Assembly (NCBI RefSeq): GCF_006345805.1
Contig: NC_043001.1
Span: forward strand, 43,276,001 to 43,340,000
Direction: 5' to 3'
Length of the DNA: 64,000 bases
Source of the DNA: Octopus sinensis
Lineage: Eukaryota
This document shows positions 23,337-35,689 of this stretch, piece after piece. Position 1 is the first letter of the stretch; every line of letters begins with the position of its first letter. Made by a program: the position numbers and the translations under genes. The notes under the pieces are model-generated. The model saw only the letters and a list, made by a program, of their open reading frames with translations, searched no databases and had not been told where the DNA came from.

Positions 23337-24593
23337 TAATTATTTAATGTTCTCCTTCCATGCTAGCATGGATTGGATGCTTTGACAGGAGCAGGCCAAG
23401 CAGGAGTCTGCATCATGCTTCTGTGTCTGTTTTTGGCATGGTTTTTACTGCTGGATGCCCTTTCTAACTCCAACCACTCTTCAGAGTTGGCTGAGTGCTT
23501 TTTACGTGGCACTTACGCGGGCAAGGTCAGTTTTGGCATGGGTTTTACAGCAGGATGCCTTTCTAAATGCGAACCACTTTACTGTGTGGACTGGGTGCTT
23601 TTTATTTTTCTTTACAGAGTTGCTTATACTGTTTGTACTATTGTTTGTATCATTGTTGGTCATTAAGGTATTGGTAGGTTGGTAGTAGCAGTGGTTGTTT
23701 TGGTTTTGGTGTTGGTGCTGGCTGTGTGGGTAGGGAAAGTTGATTTGTATGTAAAGTAACACACAAGCACTCTGCTCTTTGTGCACTGCATCTTATAGCA
23801 GAAACAGATGTAAGCTATTGAAGTTGATTATTTATGCAAAAGGTTATTGAACAAAATGGAGAATATATAATAGATTAAAATTCGTTGTTTGTATGAAAAA
23901 AAAATTACTTTTATTTCACACAAACCAAAATTACTTTCTTGCCAACCTAATATTTCCTGTTCCCTTATCACATATCTAATTTCATATTACACTCTGTACT
24001 TGCCTAATGCTTTAGAATAAAGCATATGTATATTCACTTTTATTACCAGGTTACTTGTATCACTACATAAATATTTATTTGAAATATTTTACCTCAAACT
24101 TTGTTTGTAGTGACACATATACAAACACTTGTATATGCACATACACCTACTCACACAATATGTATGTAACATAATTACAGTTTTTTTTAAATTGTTAACT
24201 CTTTGACTTTGGTAAATTACTGAGAAGTGTAATTTTTTAAATTCTCAAAATTTATTCTTAACAACAAAATTACATGCTGTATCCTGAAATTAGCAATTAT
24301 GCTTTATAATTTCCATAAGCACAAAATCCGATAACCTGAGGTAGCTGTGACATAGGGGGTGGGGGTGCTTGTATAATGAATAGTATTGACATCCAACTGA
24401 ACCATATCATTTTACACTAAAATCCACTTTTATAATTCATCCTTGTGAGACCAATAAACTAAATACCAAGCAAAGTACTGGGTCCATATAATCACATACA
24501 CGCATATAAATATATGTTTTGTTGTCCCTTTTTGTATCACCTAGCTGTCTGGATGTTTTGCATTCTTGTCCCATTTTGTATTTTTTATGTGTG

Positions 24594-25320
24594 TCATCAT
24601 CATCATCATCGTCGTTTAGCGTCCGTTTTCCATGCTAGCATGGGTTGGACGGTTCTACTGGGGTCTGTGAAGCCAGAAGGCTTCATCAGGCCCAGTCAAA
24701 TCTGGCAGTGTTTCTATGGCTGGATGCCCTTCCTAACGCCAACCACTCCGTGAGCGTAGTGGGTGCTTTTTACGTGCCACCCGCACAGGTGCCAGACAGA
24801 GCTGGCAAACGGCCACGAACGGATGGTGCTTTTTATGTGCCACCGGCACAAGGGCCAGGCGAGGCTGGCAACGGACACGAAACGGGGCGGTGCTGGCAAC
24901 GGTCGCGAAACGGAAGGTTCTCTTACATGCCACCGGCACTGGTAACACATCTGCAATTTCCATTGATCGATTTCCATTCTGATCCTCACTTGCCTCAACG
25001 GGTCTTCACAAGTAGAGTTTCGACATGCCACCGGCACTGGTAACACATCAGCATATTTCCATTGATCGATTTCCATTCTGATCCTCACTTGCCTCAACAG
25101 GTCTTCACAAGTAGAGTTTTGTGTCCCAAGAAGGGAAGGTATGCATACGTAGGCTGGCTCCATCCCAAGTAGAAGGCCACGGGTTATGGACTCACTTGTC
25201 CTGCCGGGTCTTCTGGCGCACAGCACACTTCCAGAGGACTCGGTCTCTAGTCATTTCCTCAGTGAGACCTAAAGTTCGAAGGTCGTGCTTCACCACCTCG
25301 TCCCAGGTTTTCCTGGGTCT
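24594..25320 (-). mobile_element. RTE-LINE 3' fragment (family C) with internal duplication
   Basis: (CAT)n tail, GC-rich 3'UTR units, ORF end GRPRKTWDEVVKHDLR on the minus strand. Confidence 0.9.
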
Positions 25321-25339
25321 GAGTGTGTATATATATATG

Positions 25340-26320
25340 GATCAAAATCAAAGAAGACTTACTCCTTTGAAAAATGGGTATAACCATCAAAATTATGATC
25401 TTAACTTGAAGAATACTTAATGGTTAATTGTTCCATTTGGTAAACAGGCCAATTACAATTTTTCCAAATTGTTTAGTACAGCAATTCAAAAATACTTTCC
25501 AAGAAACCACAGATATTACAAAATTTTTAATCAACATAAGATTAGATTGGACCATTGTCTTAATCATAATATTGCACAAATTATAGCGACTCATAATACT
25601 GAAATTTCATAAAAGTGATTACAGTTAGAATAGCGTGGTAAATTCAAAGCATAACGTCAAAATGAATAAAGAAACTCAAATAGAAGGGGACGCTAAGAAA
25701 TTAAATATCACGGGAAGGGAAACAACCAAATTTAACGTAAATAATGTCAAATCAAATAGAAGTTCAGCTAGAAATAAAACAAAGATGATGTTTTCTAAAG
25801 GAGTAAATAGTAATAGAGAACTTGGTAAAAACGAATTTGATTCTACAATCAATGATCAAATTGAAACTAAATTTGACATAAATATAAAAGGCTGTCTTTG
25901 CAATTGTTCTAAACAGGAATCCTCTTATGTGAAAAATATGTGTAAAACTATAAATGTAATATATAGATGTATAGTTACATCTGAGGCTAAGGAATTCCTT
26001 TACATCAGCGGGACATCATTAATTTTCAAGAGGAGACTGGCAAATCATTTGAGTTCATTTAAGGACAAAAATAAAAGGTTCCAAACAAGTCTTAGCAAAT
26101 TAATTTGGTCTTTCAAGGACTGCGACAAGGATTATACGATTAAATAGGAGTTAATTTCTACAGCAAAACCATACAGACCTGGAACCAATAAATGTGACTC
26201 ATGTTTAGAAGAATTTTATTGGATTTTCACATTCAAGGATAATGTAATAAATTCTGGACAGGTGCAAGCATTGAGACGCTTGCACATGAGGAAATTTACA
26301 GTTGCCAAATGAGTAATTAT
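25340..26320 (+). mobile_element. Penelope-like element fragment (Neptune-type GIY-YIG endonuclease), decayed
   Basis: FPRNHRYYKIFN; CNC...C....VIYRCIV....YISGT...FKRRLANHLSSFK...TSLSKLIW; PY.....KCDSCLEE; contains stops. Confidence 0.8.
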
Positions 26321-26996
26321 CATTTAAACTATACAAGGATTTGAAATGATAGACTGAAAAGGATTATCCAGTAAGAACTCAGAATAATGCTGTTAAATGA
26401 TTTGTCTGGTGTCCTAACAATTCTGCCAGCTTGTCACCTTAATACTACTAATAATATCACTTCAGCTGCAACTGTAGTACTTTTTCCCCATTGGTAGGTG
26501 ACCCAAACTTGTAAAATTAGATACCTATTTCAAAGTAAAACAAAAGTAAATATAAACTCATAATCTATTAACTGCTAACCTTAAACATTGGATCATGAGA
26601 ACTGTGTATCAACTAAGATTCATTGTTTTTAATTATGTACTTTCTCCTAGTCTGCCATTGTAGAGATACCAACCTTCACTTTAGAAGTTTTAGTGTTTGT
26701 TCCTTCTGTACTGCATATTTTGTTACATCTACTGGGCCTCTAGTTGTACATTTATCATATCTATGTCTGGATTGTACATGTTGCATGTATTTGTACAACA
26801 AGCCAGACATTTATCAGTAGATGAAAAACCTGGTGTACTTTTAGGATTAAGAAGATTTGCTATCAGTTGTGTTGGAGCTATTATCATTGACATAATTTCA
26901 AAGCTCTTACTCTTTAATTTCATGTTAGCATTGTTTGGGTAATTTTTTGTAATTTTCTCTACACATTTCTATCTAGTATTATTTTGTTTATAATTA

Positions 26997-27216
26997 AGGC
27001 AGCATGCTGGCAGAATCGTTAGCACACTGGCAAGCTGGCAAAATCATTAGTGTGCTAGATGAAATGCTTAGCAGTATTTCGCCCGGCACTGCGTTCTGAG
27101 TTCAAATTCCACCGAGGTCGACTGTGCCTTTCATCCTTTTGGGGTAAATAAAATAAGTACCAGTTGAACACGGGTCATCCCCCAAAATTACTACCCTTGT
27201 GGCAAAATTTGAAACC
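26997..27216 (+). mobile_element. SINE family A with 19-bp TSD
   Basis: ATTATTTTGTTTATAATTA at 26978-26996 and 27217-27235; duplicated head. Confidence 0.9.
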
Positions 27217-28650
27217 ATTATTTTGTTTATAATTAGATTTTCCTCATGGTATTAAATTCATTGCCAATATAATTTTTGCTTTGATAAATAAGTTCTCATA
27301 ATACACTGGCGTTTTTCAGTTGACTATACCCATTTCTTTTACATGAGGCATTTGTTTTCTCAGTAAAAAAGAAAATTTTAAAACTTATTTGATTTTTTTG
27401 TTGATTACTTAATGTATTTAATCTTTCTTGTAAATGGCTTCTTTTCTCCTCGATTGTTGCAAATCTTCTGCACTAATCACCCCTGTTTCATTACTCTGTT
27501 TTATGCTCTTCATGCATGTCTTACAGTCTGCTCTTTGCATGGAGAGAGAACCTCTTTGTTGCCTGCAGGATTAACAGTTCTTTGAATTTGCACTTCAAGT
27601 ATGCAAATAATCAAATTCATAAAATAAAACAAATAATAGTAATCCACATTTTAGTAATTCAGAAAATGGGTGTAAAGCAATGAAAATATAATTTAATTAT
27701 TCAGTCACTTTTCTGTAACTGTAAGAATGACTGGATATCAAAGTGAAACAATTGTTCATTTAATATTAGCAGATTTTTTTTATATAGAGATTTACAAATC
27801 TAAACAGATCCGAAGTATCACTAAAAACATTACATTTATGCCTTTTCTAATGGTTACCTCATTGAGTAACTAGTTTATTTCCCGTTCTCACAATCCCTCT
27901 CCATTCAATTCTTGAAAATATTCCCACTCCTAGGGATGATAGTAAATAAAATTCTTTTCAAGTCCAGTAATTAATCTGTGGTTGGAATCATTGGTTGTTT
28001 AGTGCTCACTTAGTTGTTGAAATTAAGATATTTAATCATCTGCAGTATATTGAACTATTAAATATGGATCCAACTCCTGCCAGCTTTTCAAACACAGGTA
28101 TAAGAATGATTGATAATATTTCATTGCAATACAAAACTATTCATAACACATGCTTGTTAGGATATTCTCTTCACCTTTTCGCTAGTGATAACAATATTTT
28201 TGACACATTTAAAAGGCATACAATCTCTCTCAAGCAATATTGATGCTTCCTGATAATATTCAAGTATTATGTATTATGGTCCAGGGTAAAACACATTGTT
28301 CTTGTTTCTTCTCTCTGCTGTCTTGTAAACATTCTCATGAATCTGAGTTGTGTACTGCCATCCATAGTTAGTAAATGGTAATTAATAGTAATTATTCTTA
28401 TTAATCAGTATCAGCAAGCCATTCAATTTTCTATGCCAGCAAGATTAAACAAGGGCAGGTTGCATATGGCATCTTTTCATACCTTTTTTGATGCTTTATC
28501 AATGAATTCTTATCAGATTTGATTTAATCACTTTCAGTCCCATCCATTGTTTATTCACCTCTTTTTCATCTTGGATGCATCAATGTATTAAGCATTCGCA
28601 TAATGACATTTTTTTTTTCACCTGAGTAATTTTACTTTTGATTTCTGTAG

Positions 28651-28777
28651 GAGAACCACCAACAAGTGATTAGCGATTGTTCCAAAGCTTTGGAGTTAAA
28701 TCCTAAATATATGAAAGCTTTAACTCGCCGAGCCAAATCTGCTGACCAGACAGGCAACTTGAAAATTGCTTTAGAAG
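28651..28777 (+). CDS. TOMM70: TOMM70 exon 3
   Basis: ctgtag|; ENHQQVISDCSKALELNPKYMKALTRRAKS...ALE; G|gtaaga, phase 1. Confidence 0.95.
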
Positions 28778-29378
28778 GTAAGAATAACTGAACCATATCA
28801 TTGTCACTATCAACCATGCTTCTACCATTTTCATCATAACATATTTAAATGCTTGTCGTAAGCTTCATCAGTTTTGGATGGTGTCCTGTTCAATCTAATA
28901 TATGTTCACTTTTCCATGCTTGCATGGATCTGAAGGACCTTATTGAAGCAGATTTTCTACAGCCAGACGCCCTTGTTGCCAACACCTATTTTCATGCGAA
29001 GTAATATTTCCCCATGGTCAGAAATATTTTTGTAGAATATTGAAAGTGAATGATATTCATTTACAGCAATTGTATGATGTCAAGACAAGGAGACATAAAC
29101 ATACACAAACTCACTCACAAGGCTTTGGTCAGTCCAAAGGTATAGTAGAACACTTGCCTAATGTGCCACAGAATGGGACTGAACCTGAGCTCGTTAAGTT
29201 GGAAAGCAAACTTTACAATCATGCTGACATGCCTGCACTTACTATAAAATAAAATGTCTTCAAAATCCCCAAAATATTTTAAATGATCATCACTTAGCTG
29301 CTGTTTTATGGAGTTAAGTAAATGGAAGATAAATATCACCTTTAACAGGATACCAGTTTGTCATTAATATTTTTTAGC

Positions 29379-29590
29379 GGCGAGCTGGCAGAATTGTTAG
29401 CACGCCAAGCAAAATGCTTGGCAGTATTTCATCTGTCTTTACCGTTCTGAGTTCAAATTCCGCCACGGTTGACTTTGCCTTTCATCCTTTTGGGGTCAAT
29501 AAATTAAGTACCAGTTGTGTAGTGGGGTCAATCTAATTAACTGGCCTCCTCTCAAAAAATTTTGGGCCTTGTGCCTAGAGTGGAAAAGAG
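29379..29590 (+). mobile_element. SINE family A
   Basis: GCGGCGAGCTGGCAGAA...GAGTTCAAATTCCGCC...CATCCTTTTGGGGTC. Confidence 0.85.
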
Positions 29591-30021
29591 TATTTTTAGT
29601 AGCTAATCATAACAAATAGAACTGGAGCACATAGAATTAAGCATACTTTCCAAATACACCACAAAACATAGAGGTTTAATGTAAAGTGTTAGTCTAATAT
29701 CTTATCTACTCAGCCATTTTGATTTTATACACATTTTGCATGCTAGTTTGCTCTCGCTCTCTCATAAACCAACAAAATTTATCATCATTTAGCATCCATT
29801 TTCCATGCTGGCATGGGTTAGACAGTTTGACTGGAACTAGTAAGCTGGAGAGCTGTACCAGACTCCAGGCTGGTTGCTCTTTCTAACACCAACCACTCCA
29901 AGAGTGTAGTGGGTGCCTGTGAATCTCATTGCATCATTTTAATCTATACTGTTTATATGTTAATTATTTATTACAATCTCCAGCTATTTAAAAAGCTTTC
30001 TACTTCTGTTTCCATTTTCAG

Positions 30022-30131
30022 ATTTAACATTGTTGTGCATGTTGGAAAATTTTTCAAATGTAAACACAGTCAAATTTTCTGAAAGAGTTCTGCGAGATAT
30101 GGGAAAGCAGAAAGCTAAAGTTGAAATGGCT
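30022..30131 (+). CDS. TOMM70: TOMM70 exon 4
   Basis: tttcag|; (D)LTLLCMLENFSNVNTVKFSERVLRDMGKQKAKVEMA; |gtaagt. Confidence 0.92.
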
Positions 30132-30301
30132 GTAAGTTTGCTTGTTTTTATTTTTTTATGCAATCTGGATATTTATTACTAATTATATCAAAACTGGATT
30201 TTATGATGGAAAGCAGAAAATAAATATGTTAATAGTTTTCTAAGATTAGTAAACACTTAGTTGTTGAACATATTGATACTCCATCAGTTAAAATTGTACA
30301 T

Positions 30302-30400
30302 ATGTGTGCATGCACGCACGCACACGCACACATGCACACACACACACACACACACACACACACCACACACACACACACACTCTCTCTCTCTCTCTCTCTC
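30302..30400. repeat. (CA)n(CT)n microsatellite
   Basis: Seen directly. Confidence 0.95.
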
Positions 30401-31387
30401 ATACATGTATGATTCTTTGTAAAACATTTTTTTATAAATAAATTATAAGTGTTCCTTGATTTAATTTTTAAAAAAACATTTAGTAGCTGCCTTTCCTAGC
30501 TATGACAAAATAAGGCACAATAATATCAAGATGGTATATTATGTTTTTATCCACCCTCTTCAGAACAGAATGAGAAGGACCATTGCTTTTTGGTAATTCA
30601 TTTATGAACCCTAGCTACTTGTAGCTATATCACTGTATGCATTAACGTATATCTTCACTCTTATCTAAACCAGTGAAGTCTTTTACACAATGCATACAAC
30701 TTTTAATATTCTTGCTGGTTTCTCTGTTCACTAACAGTATTTGTCAAATTCCTATTAAACAAATATTACTCAACTCATATTTCAGCTATAAGTCTACTTT
30801 AGAATTGATTTCCTATGTACATCGGATACATTTATCCCCTTTGTGGTGTTACTTTCATTGTGAGATATCCTTGATGTCTTGAAGAAGCTAGCTATTTGTG
30901 TATAAAGTTTCCAATCTTATTTGGCTTTTAAGGTTGACAAAAATGGGACTTTGAATAACTGACAAACAGCTATCCATACTGTAAAATTCTTGTTAATCTC
31001 GGCCCTTTTTGTGAGTTTCTCTGTTACACTTGAGTTGTTCCCACTTCACTTTTATAGATCAAATGCAAAAGAAATCTGAAGAGCTCATTTGATATAGGTG
31101 TTTTCTGCTTCTACACAAGCATATTTATCTGTCAGTGTACCTTATATGTAACTTACAAATTGCTATTTATATACTGAAATGTTATTTATGGAAGTAGAAT
31201 CAGCCAATGAATACCTTAGAAATTCCTGTTAAATTTCTGAAACATTAAATTTTATGGTTAAAGTGGAAAATTTTATTTTCATTTCCTGAGTTAAAAATAA
31301 ATTAATCTTTCTTAAATTTTGAAATGAGGTTATCTTTGGCAAAGTAAATATTCTGTCTGATACAGTGTACTTGTTTGCTTTTTGTAG

Positions 31388-31491
31388 TCTCGTAAACCTT
31401 CTCTACCGTCAAAGACTTTCATGAAAGTTTTTAGAGATATGTTCCGGAATGATCCAATTTTCAATTTTGACACTTCAAAAATTCTTGAAAG
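31388..31491 (+). CDS. TOMM70: TOMM70 exon 5
   Basis: ttgtag|; SRKPSLPSKTFMKVFRDMFRNDPI...; AG|gtatct, phase 2. Confidence 0.9.
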
Positions 31492-31775
31492 GTATCTACA
31501 TTTTATTTTATTTGATCTTAAGTCTTCTACTTTATCTTTAGTACTTGTGTTATCATTAATTCCTTAATTTCACTGAATGTTTCACTTGCGATTAACTTGT
31601 TTTCTATCAATTTTATTTTCCTCTTTCATTTATTTCCTTATAGATAAGTCCAATATGCAAAAAAGCATATTTTCAGCATATATGTGTATGTATGTATGCA
31701 TGCATATATATATGTATGTATGTGTATATATATGTGTGTGTGTGTGTGTGTATATATATATACACACACACACAC

Positions 31776-31887
31776 ATTTAGCAGAAGCAACAGAGTGACT
31801 CAAGGTCCAAGAGTTATGTGCATTGGCACGTAAATGCCAGTGCACAAAACTCTTGAACCTTGAGTCATTCTGTTGCTTTTGCTAAAT
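31776..31887. repeat. 112-bp hairpin (53-bp arms, 6-nt loop)
   Basis: ATTTAGCAGAAGCAACAGAGTGACTCAAGG.. / ..CCTTGAGTCATTCTGTTGCTTTTGCTAAAT. Confidence 0.9.
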
Positions 31888-31939
31888 ATTAATAAATACA
31901 TACATATATTCGTATTTTTGAGTTTATTTTACCTTTTTG

Positions 31940-32142
31940 CACCAGGCCTGACTGGCTCCTGTGCCTGTGACAAGTAAAAAGCACCCCCTACACTCTGAGT
32001 GATTGGCGTTAGGAATGGCATCCAGCTGTAGAAGCATTGCCAGATCAGATTGGAGCCTGGTGCTGCTGCTGGCTTTCCAGACCTCAGTTAAACTGCCAAC
32101 CCATGCTAGCATGGCAAACAGAAGTTAAACGATGATGATGAT
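31940..32142 (+). mobile_element. RTE-LINE 3' tail (family C)
   Basis: Homology and (GAT)n end. Confidence 0.85.
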
Positions 32143-32281
32143 ATATACATATATATATTGACCTGCTTGTCTAGCTAGTAGGGTGGCATCATTCAAAAGC
32201 TAAAATGATGCAAGCACATTGTGGCCAGCAATATTTTTATAACATCCAATAGTCTGATCAATCACAGGATATATATATATA

Positions 32282-32892
32282 TCATCATCATCATAATCGT
32301 TTAACGTCCGCTTTCCATGCTAGCATGGGTTGCACGGTTCAACTGGGGTCTGGGAAACCAGGAGGCTGTAGCAGGCCCTGTTTGATCTGGCAGTGTTTCT
32401 ACAGTTGGGTGCTTTTTACATGCCACCGGCACAGGTGCCAGACGAGGCTGGCAACGGCCACGATCAGTTGGTGCTTTTTACGTGCCAATGGCACGGAGGC
32501 CAGTCGGGGCGGTGCTGGCAATGGCCACATTCGGATGGTTCTCTTTCGTGCCACCGGCACTGGTATCACAACTACAATTTCCATTGATTTTGATCGATTT
32601 CGATTTCACTTGCCTCGACAGGTCTTCGCAAGTAGAGTTTTGTGTCCCAAGAAGGAAAATTATGCATAAGCGGACTGGCTACATCCCAGGTAGAGGCCAC
32701 GGGTTATGGTCTCACTTGTCCTGCCGGGTCTTCTCACGCACAGCATACTTCCAAAGGTCTCGGTCACTAGTCATTGCCTCGGTGAGACCTAATGTTCGAA
32801 GGCCGTGCTTCACCACCTCGTCCCAGGTTTTCCTGGGTCTACCTCTTCCACAGGTTCCCTCAACCGCTAGGGTGTGGCACTTTTTCACACTG
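32282..32892 (-). mobile_element. RTE-LINE 3' fragment (family C)
   Basis: Tail, 3'UTR units and ORF end. Confidence 0.9.
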
Positions 32893-33355
32893 TAAAATAG
32901 GAAGATGATGTTTCAGGGGCAGTGCATTAAACAGGAATTACAGTGGTCATGATCTAGTGGATCATATATTGTAAGTTGTACGGTGACAGTTATGAGCTGA
33001 AATTGATGACATTTGCATCAAATTCTAGAACCACTGATGTCTATGTAACGCAACAATTTGTACATGTCTAACCTAGTAAAAGATAAACATTGATAGCTGG
33101 ATGTGAGTACTGTTGAAGCTTTTATCTACAGAAATTCTCAATATGGAGGTCAGGATTGATGATATGCTGAATGAGAACATTTTGATAATTATCCACAAGG
33201 TTCTGCTCTCTTCACCCTATAGCTTTAATCTGTGAAGGAGTAATTCAGGGCCAGATACCCATTAAGTTTTGTAACTGTTCATTCAAGATTTAATGCCATG
33301 CTTTCCTTTCTTTTATGATATTCTATAACATTTACAAATTTTATTTTATTTTCAG

Positions 33356-33566
33356 TTCACCCTTTATAGAGGCTTGCAAACAATTTTCTAAATGTCAGTG
33401 TGATAATATCATTGATTTATGTTCAAAAGAAATGGATCAACCTGACTCCCCCTATATAAACAAAGCAAGATTGCTACGAGGAACTGCTCACTTTTATATG
33501 GGTGCTTTTACTGATGCCATAACTGACTTTGAGGATTTAATTCTAAGTGAAAATGTTAATAAAAAT
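33356..33566 (+). CDS. TOMM70: TOMM70 exon 6
   Basis: tttcag|; SPFIEACKQF...IIDLCSKEM...ARLLRGTAHFYMG; |gtaagt. Confidence 0.92.
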
Positions 33567-34744
33567 GTAAGTGTTTCATAATCACAACATTCTTTATCTG
33601 TTTTAGATTTTTTAGACAGAAGTATTTTGAAGGTTTTTATTTAAAATTTTAAATATATGATAAAATATGTCAGTTGACATAAATAACTAATTCTGTACGA
33701 CGATATTTATCCTCATCTTGTTTGTTGCTAACATGTTTCAGCTGATATACCCTCCAGCCTTCATCAGGTGTCTTGGGGAAATTTTGAACCTAGGTTCTTA
33801 TTCCTGAGGTATTTTTTGATGTTGTTATTATTCAGGTCACTGCCTGGAATCAAACTTGGAATCTTGGGCTTAGTAGCCCGAATTCCTAACCACTCTGCCA
33901 TATGCCTGTGGGCAATTATGGAGTGAATTTTAGGGCTTATAAATCTAATATTCTCCTATCCTTCCTTAATAGCGGTTCCCATATGCTGTTCATAGCTGCA
34001 CTTGGTCTGCTTAGGAGGATGTTGTGTCCTGGCATATGTGCTGCTTCTTTTAGTTTCCGTATTTTCCAGTGGTAACTTCATCCCACAGGGGGAGGTGGTC
34101 TCCATTTTTCCATACATTATCAGCTATACCCGATTTATCAATATCTCCACATGTCACAGCTTTGTGATGTTCCTCTACTCTCCACTCCAATTATGAAGAA
34201 AAGAGAGGATGAAACTGATAAACTGTTCACAGTCTGTCTACCCTATGCGAAAGGCCTCTCCAAAAAGATACAAAAGATATGCAGCCCATATGACATCAAG
34301 ACAGTATTCAAAAGTAATACAACACTTCGCAAATGTCTCCTTCAAGTAAAACCACCAATACAAGAGAATATGACTAAGAACTGTGTGTACTCCATCCCAT
34401 GCAGCTGTTGTAGGTTATACAAAGGCGAAACATGCTGCCCCCTCAAAATAAGGGTAGAGGAACATTGCAAATCTGTGACATAGGGAGATATTGATAAATC
34501 GGGTATAGCTGATCATGTATGGAAAAATGGAGACCACCTTCCCCTGTGGGATGAAGTTAAAATAATAGACAGAGAACACCACTGGAAAATATGAAAACTA
34601 AAAGATGCAGCACATATGCTAGGACACAACAACCTCCTAAGCAGACCAAGTGCAGATATGAGTAGCATATGGAAACTGGTATTAAGGAAGGATAGGAAAA
34701 TATTAGATTTATAAGCCCTAAAATTCGCTCCATAATTGCCCACA

Positions 34745-34816
34745 GGCATATGGCGTAGTGGTTAAGAGCACGGGCTACTAACCCCAAGATTCCAAGTTTG
34801 ATTCCAGGTAGTGACC
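34745..34816 (+). other. tRNA-like Pol III cassette inside the Penelope pLTR (mirror copy at 33835-33906, minus strand)
   Basis: A box TGGCGTAGTGG, anticodon-like arm GGG-CTACTAA-CCC, B box GTTTGATTCC; acceptor stem is poor, so not a functional tRNA. Confidence 0.65.
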
Positions 34817-34884
34817 TGAATAATAAGAATAACAACATCAAAAAATACCGTAGGAATGAGAACCCAGGTTCGAAATTTCCCCAA

Positions 34885-34927
34885 GACATCTGATGAAGGC
34901 TGGAGGGTATATCAGCCGAAACGTGTT
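34885..34927 (+). ncRNA. Hammerhead ribozyme motif in the Penelope pLTR (mirror copy at 33730-33772, minus strand)
   Basis: CUGAUGA-A-GGCUG(GAGGGUAUAU)CAGCC-GAAAC; core and stem II intact, stems I and III imperfect. Confidence 0.65.
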
Positions 34928-35056
34928 AACAAACAAGATGAGGACAAGTGTCCGGCAATTGTATATAATGTACATAATTCCTCATCTCTTAAATATAGAA
35001 CTGTATTAACTAATTCTGTTGCTTCCTATTATTATTTTCTTTTCTTTATGTTTTAG

Positions 35057-35191
35057 GTGAAAGTCAGTGCTTTAATCAAGAAAGCTAGTTGCTACAGTCA
35101 ACAAAGCATGGCTATAGAAGCTATGGAAATGTATAGTGAAGCCATTAACATTGACCCAGAAAATGTTGATATATATTTCCATCGAGGTCAA
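35057..35191 (+). CDS. TOMM70: TOMM70 exon 7
   Basis: ttttag|; VKVSALIKKAS...AINIDPENVDIYFHRGQ; |gtaagt. Confidence 0.95.
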
Positions 35192-35689
35192 GTAAGTTAT
35201 CTCCCAACTTAACCATTACTCACAAGCAAATATATCTTAGTAGCATGTACTATGCTTTCATTAATTGTTTTTTTAGGTGGCTATGAAGTTGCAAATAGAC
35301 ATCTCCTTAGCCCTCCCACCCTTGATCAAGCAAAACAATCTATTTCATTAATTTGCTTTAAATGATCTTTCATTTTGAGAAGTATGTTTTGCAATATAAT
35401 GATGTGATTATATTACAGCAATACTTTGAAATCATTTTTACTGCAGGCAGGCTGTGTGTTAAGAAGATCACTTATCAGTTGTGTGGTTTTTGGCATCCAT
35501 CCCACTGCATAGCACTTTAAGCAAGTGTCTTCTACTGTGGTCTTGGGTTGAACAATGCCCTGTGAAATTTGATAGCTGGAGATGTTACAGAAACCCATCA
35601 AGTGTGTTTGTCTCTGTGAGTCTTTGCACTCATACCATTTGAACAATAATTATGGCCTGATGCATAAAAATATGAAATAAAGTGCTTAC

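Larger units (their letters stand above)
33697..35006 (+). mobile_element. Penelope-like element: GIY-YIG fragment with inverted pseudo-LTR and 13-bp TSD
   Basis: LPYAKGLS...NCVYSIPCSC..LYKGET..LKIRVEEH....SGIADHVW GIY-YIG motifs; ~450-bp inverted arms (33705-34159 and 34473-34950); TSD TAACTAATTCTGT at 33684-33696 and 35007-35019. Confidence 0.9.
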
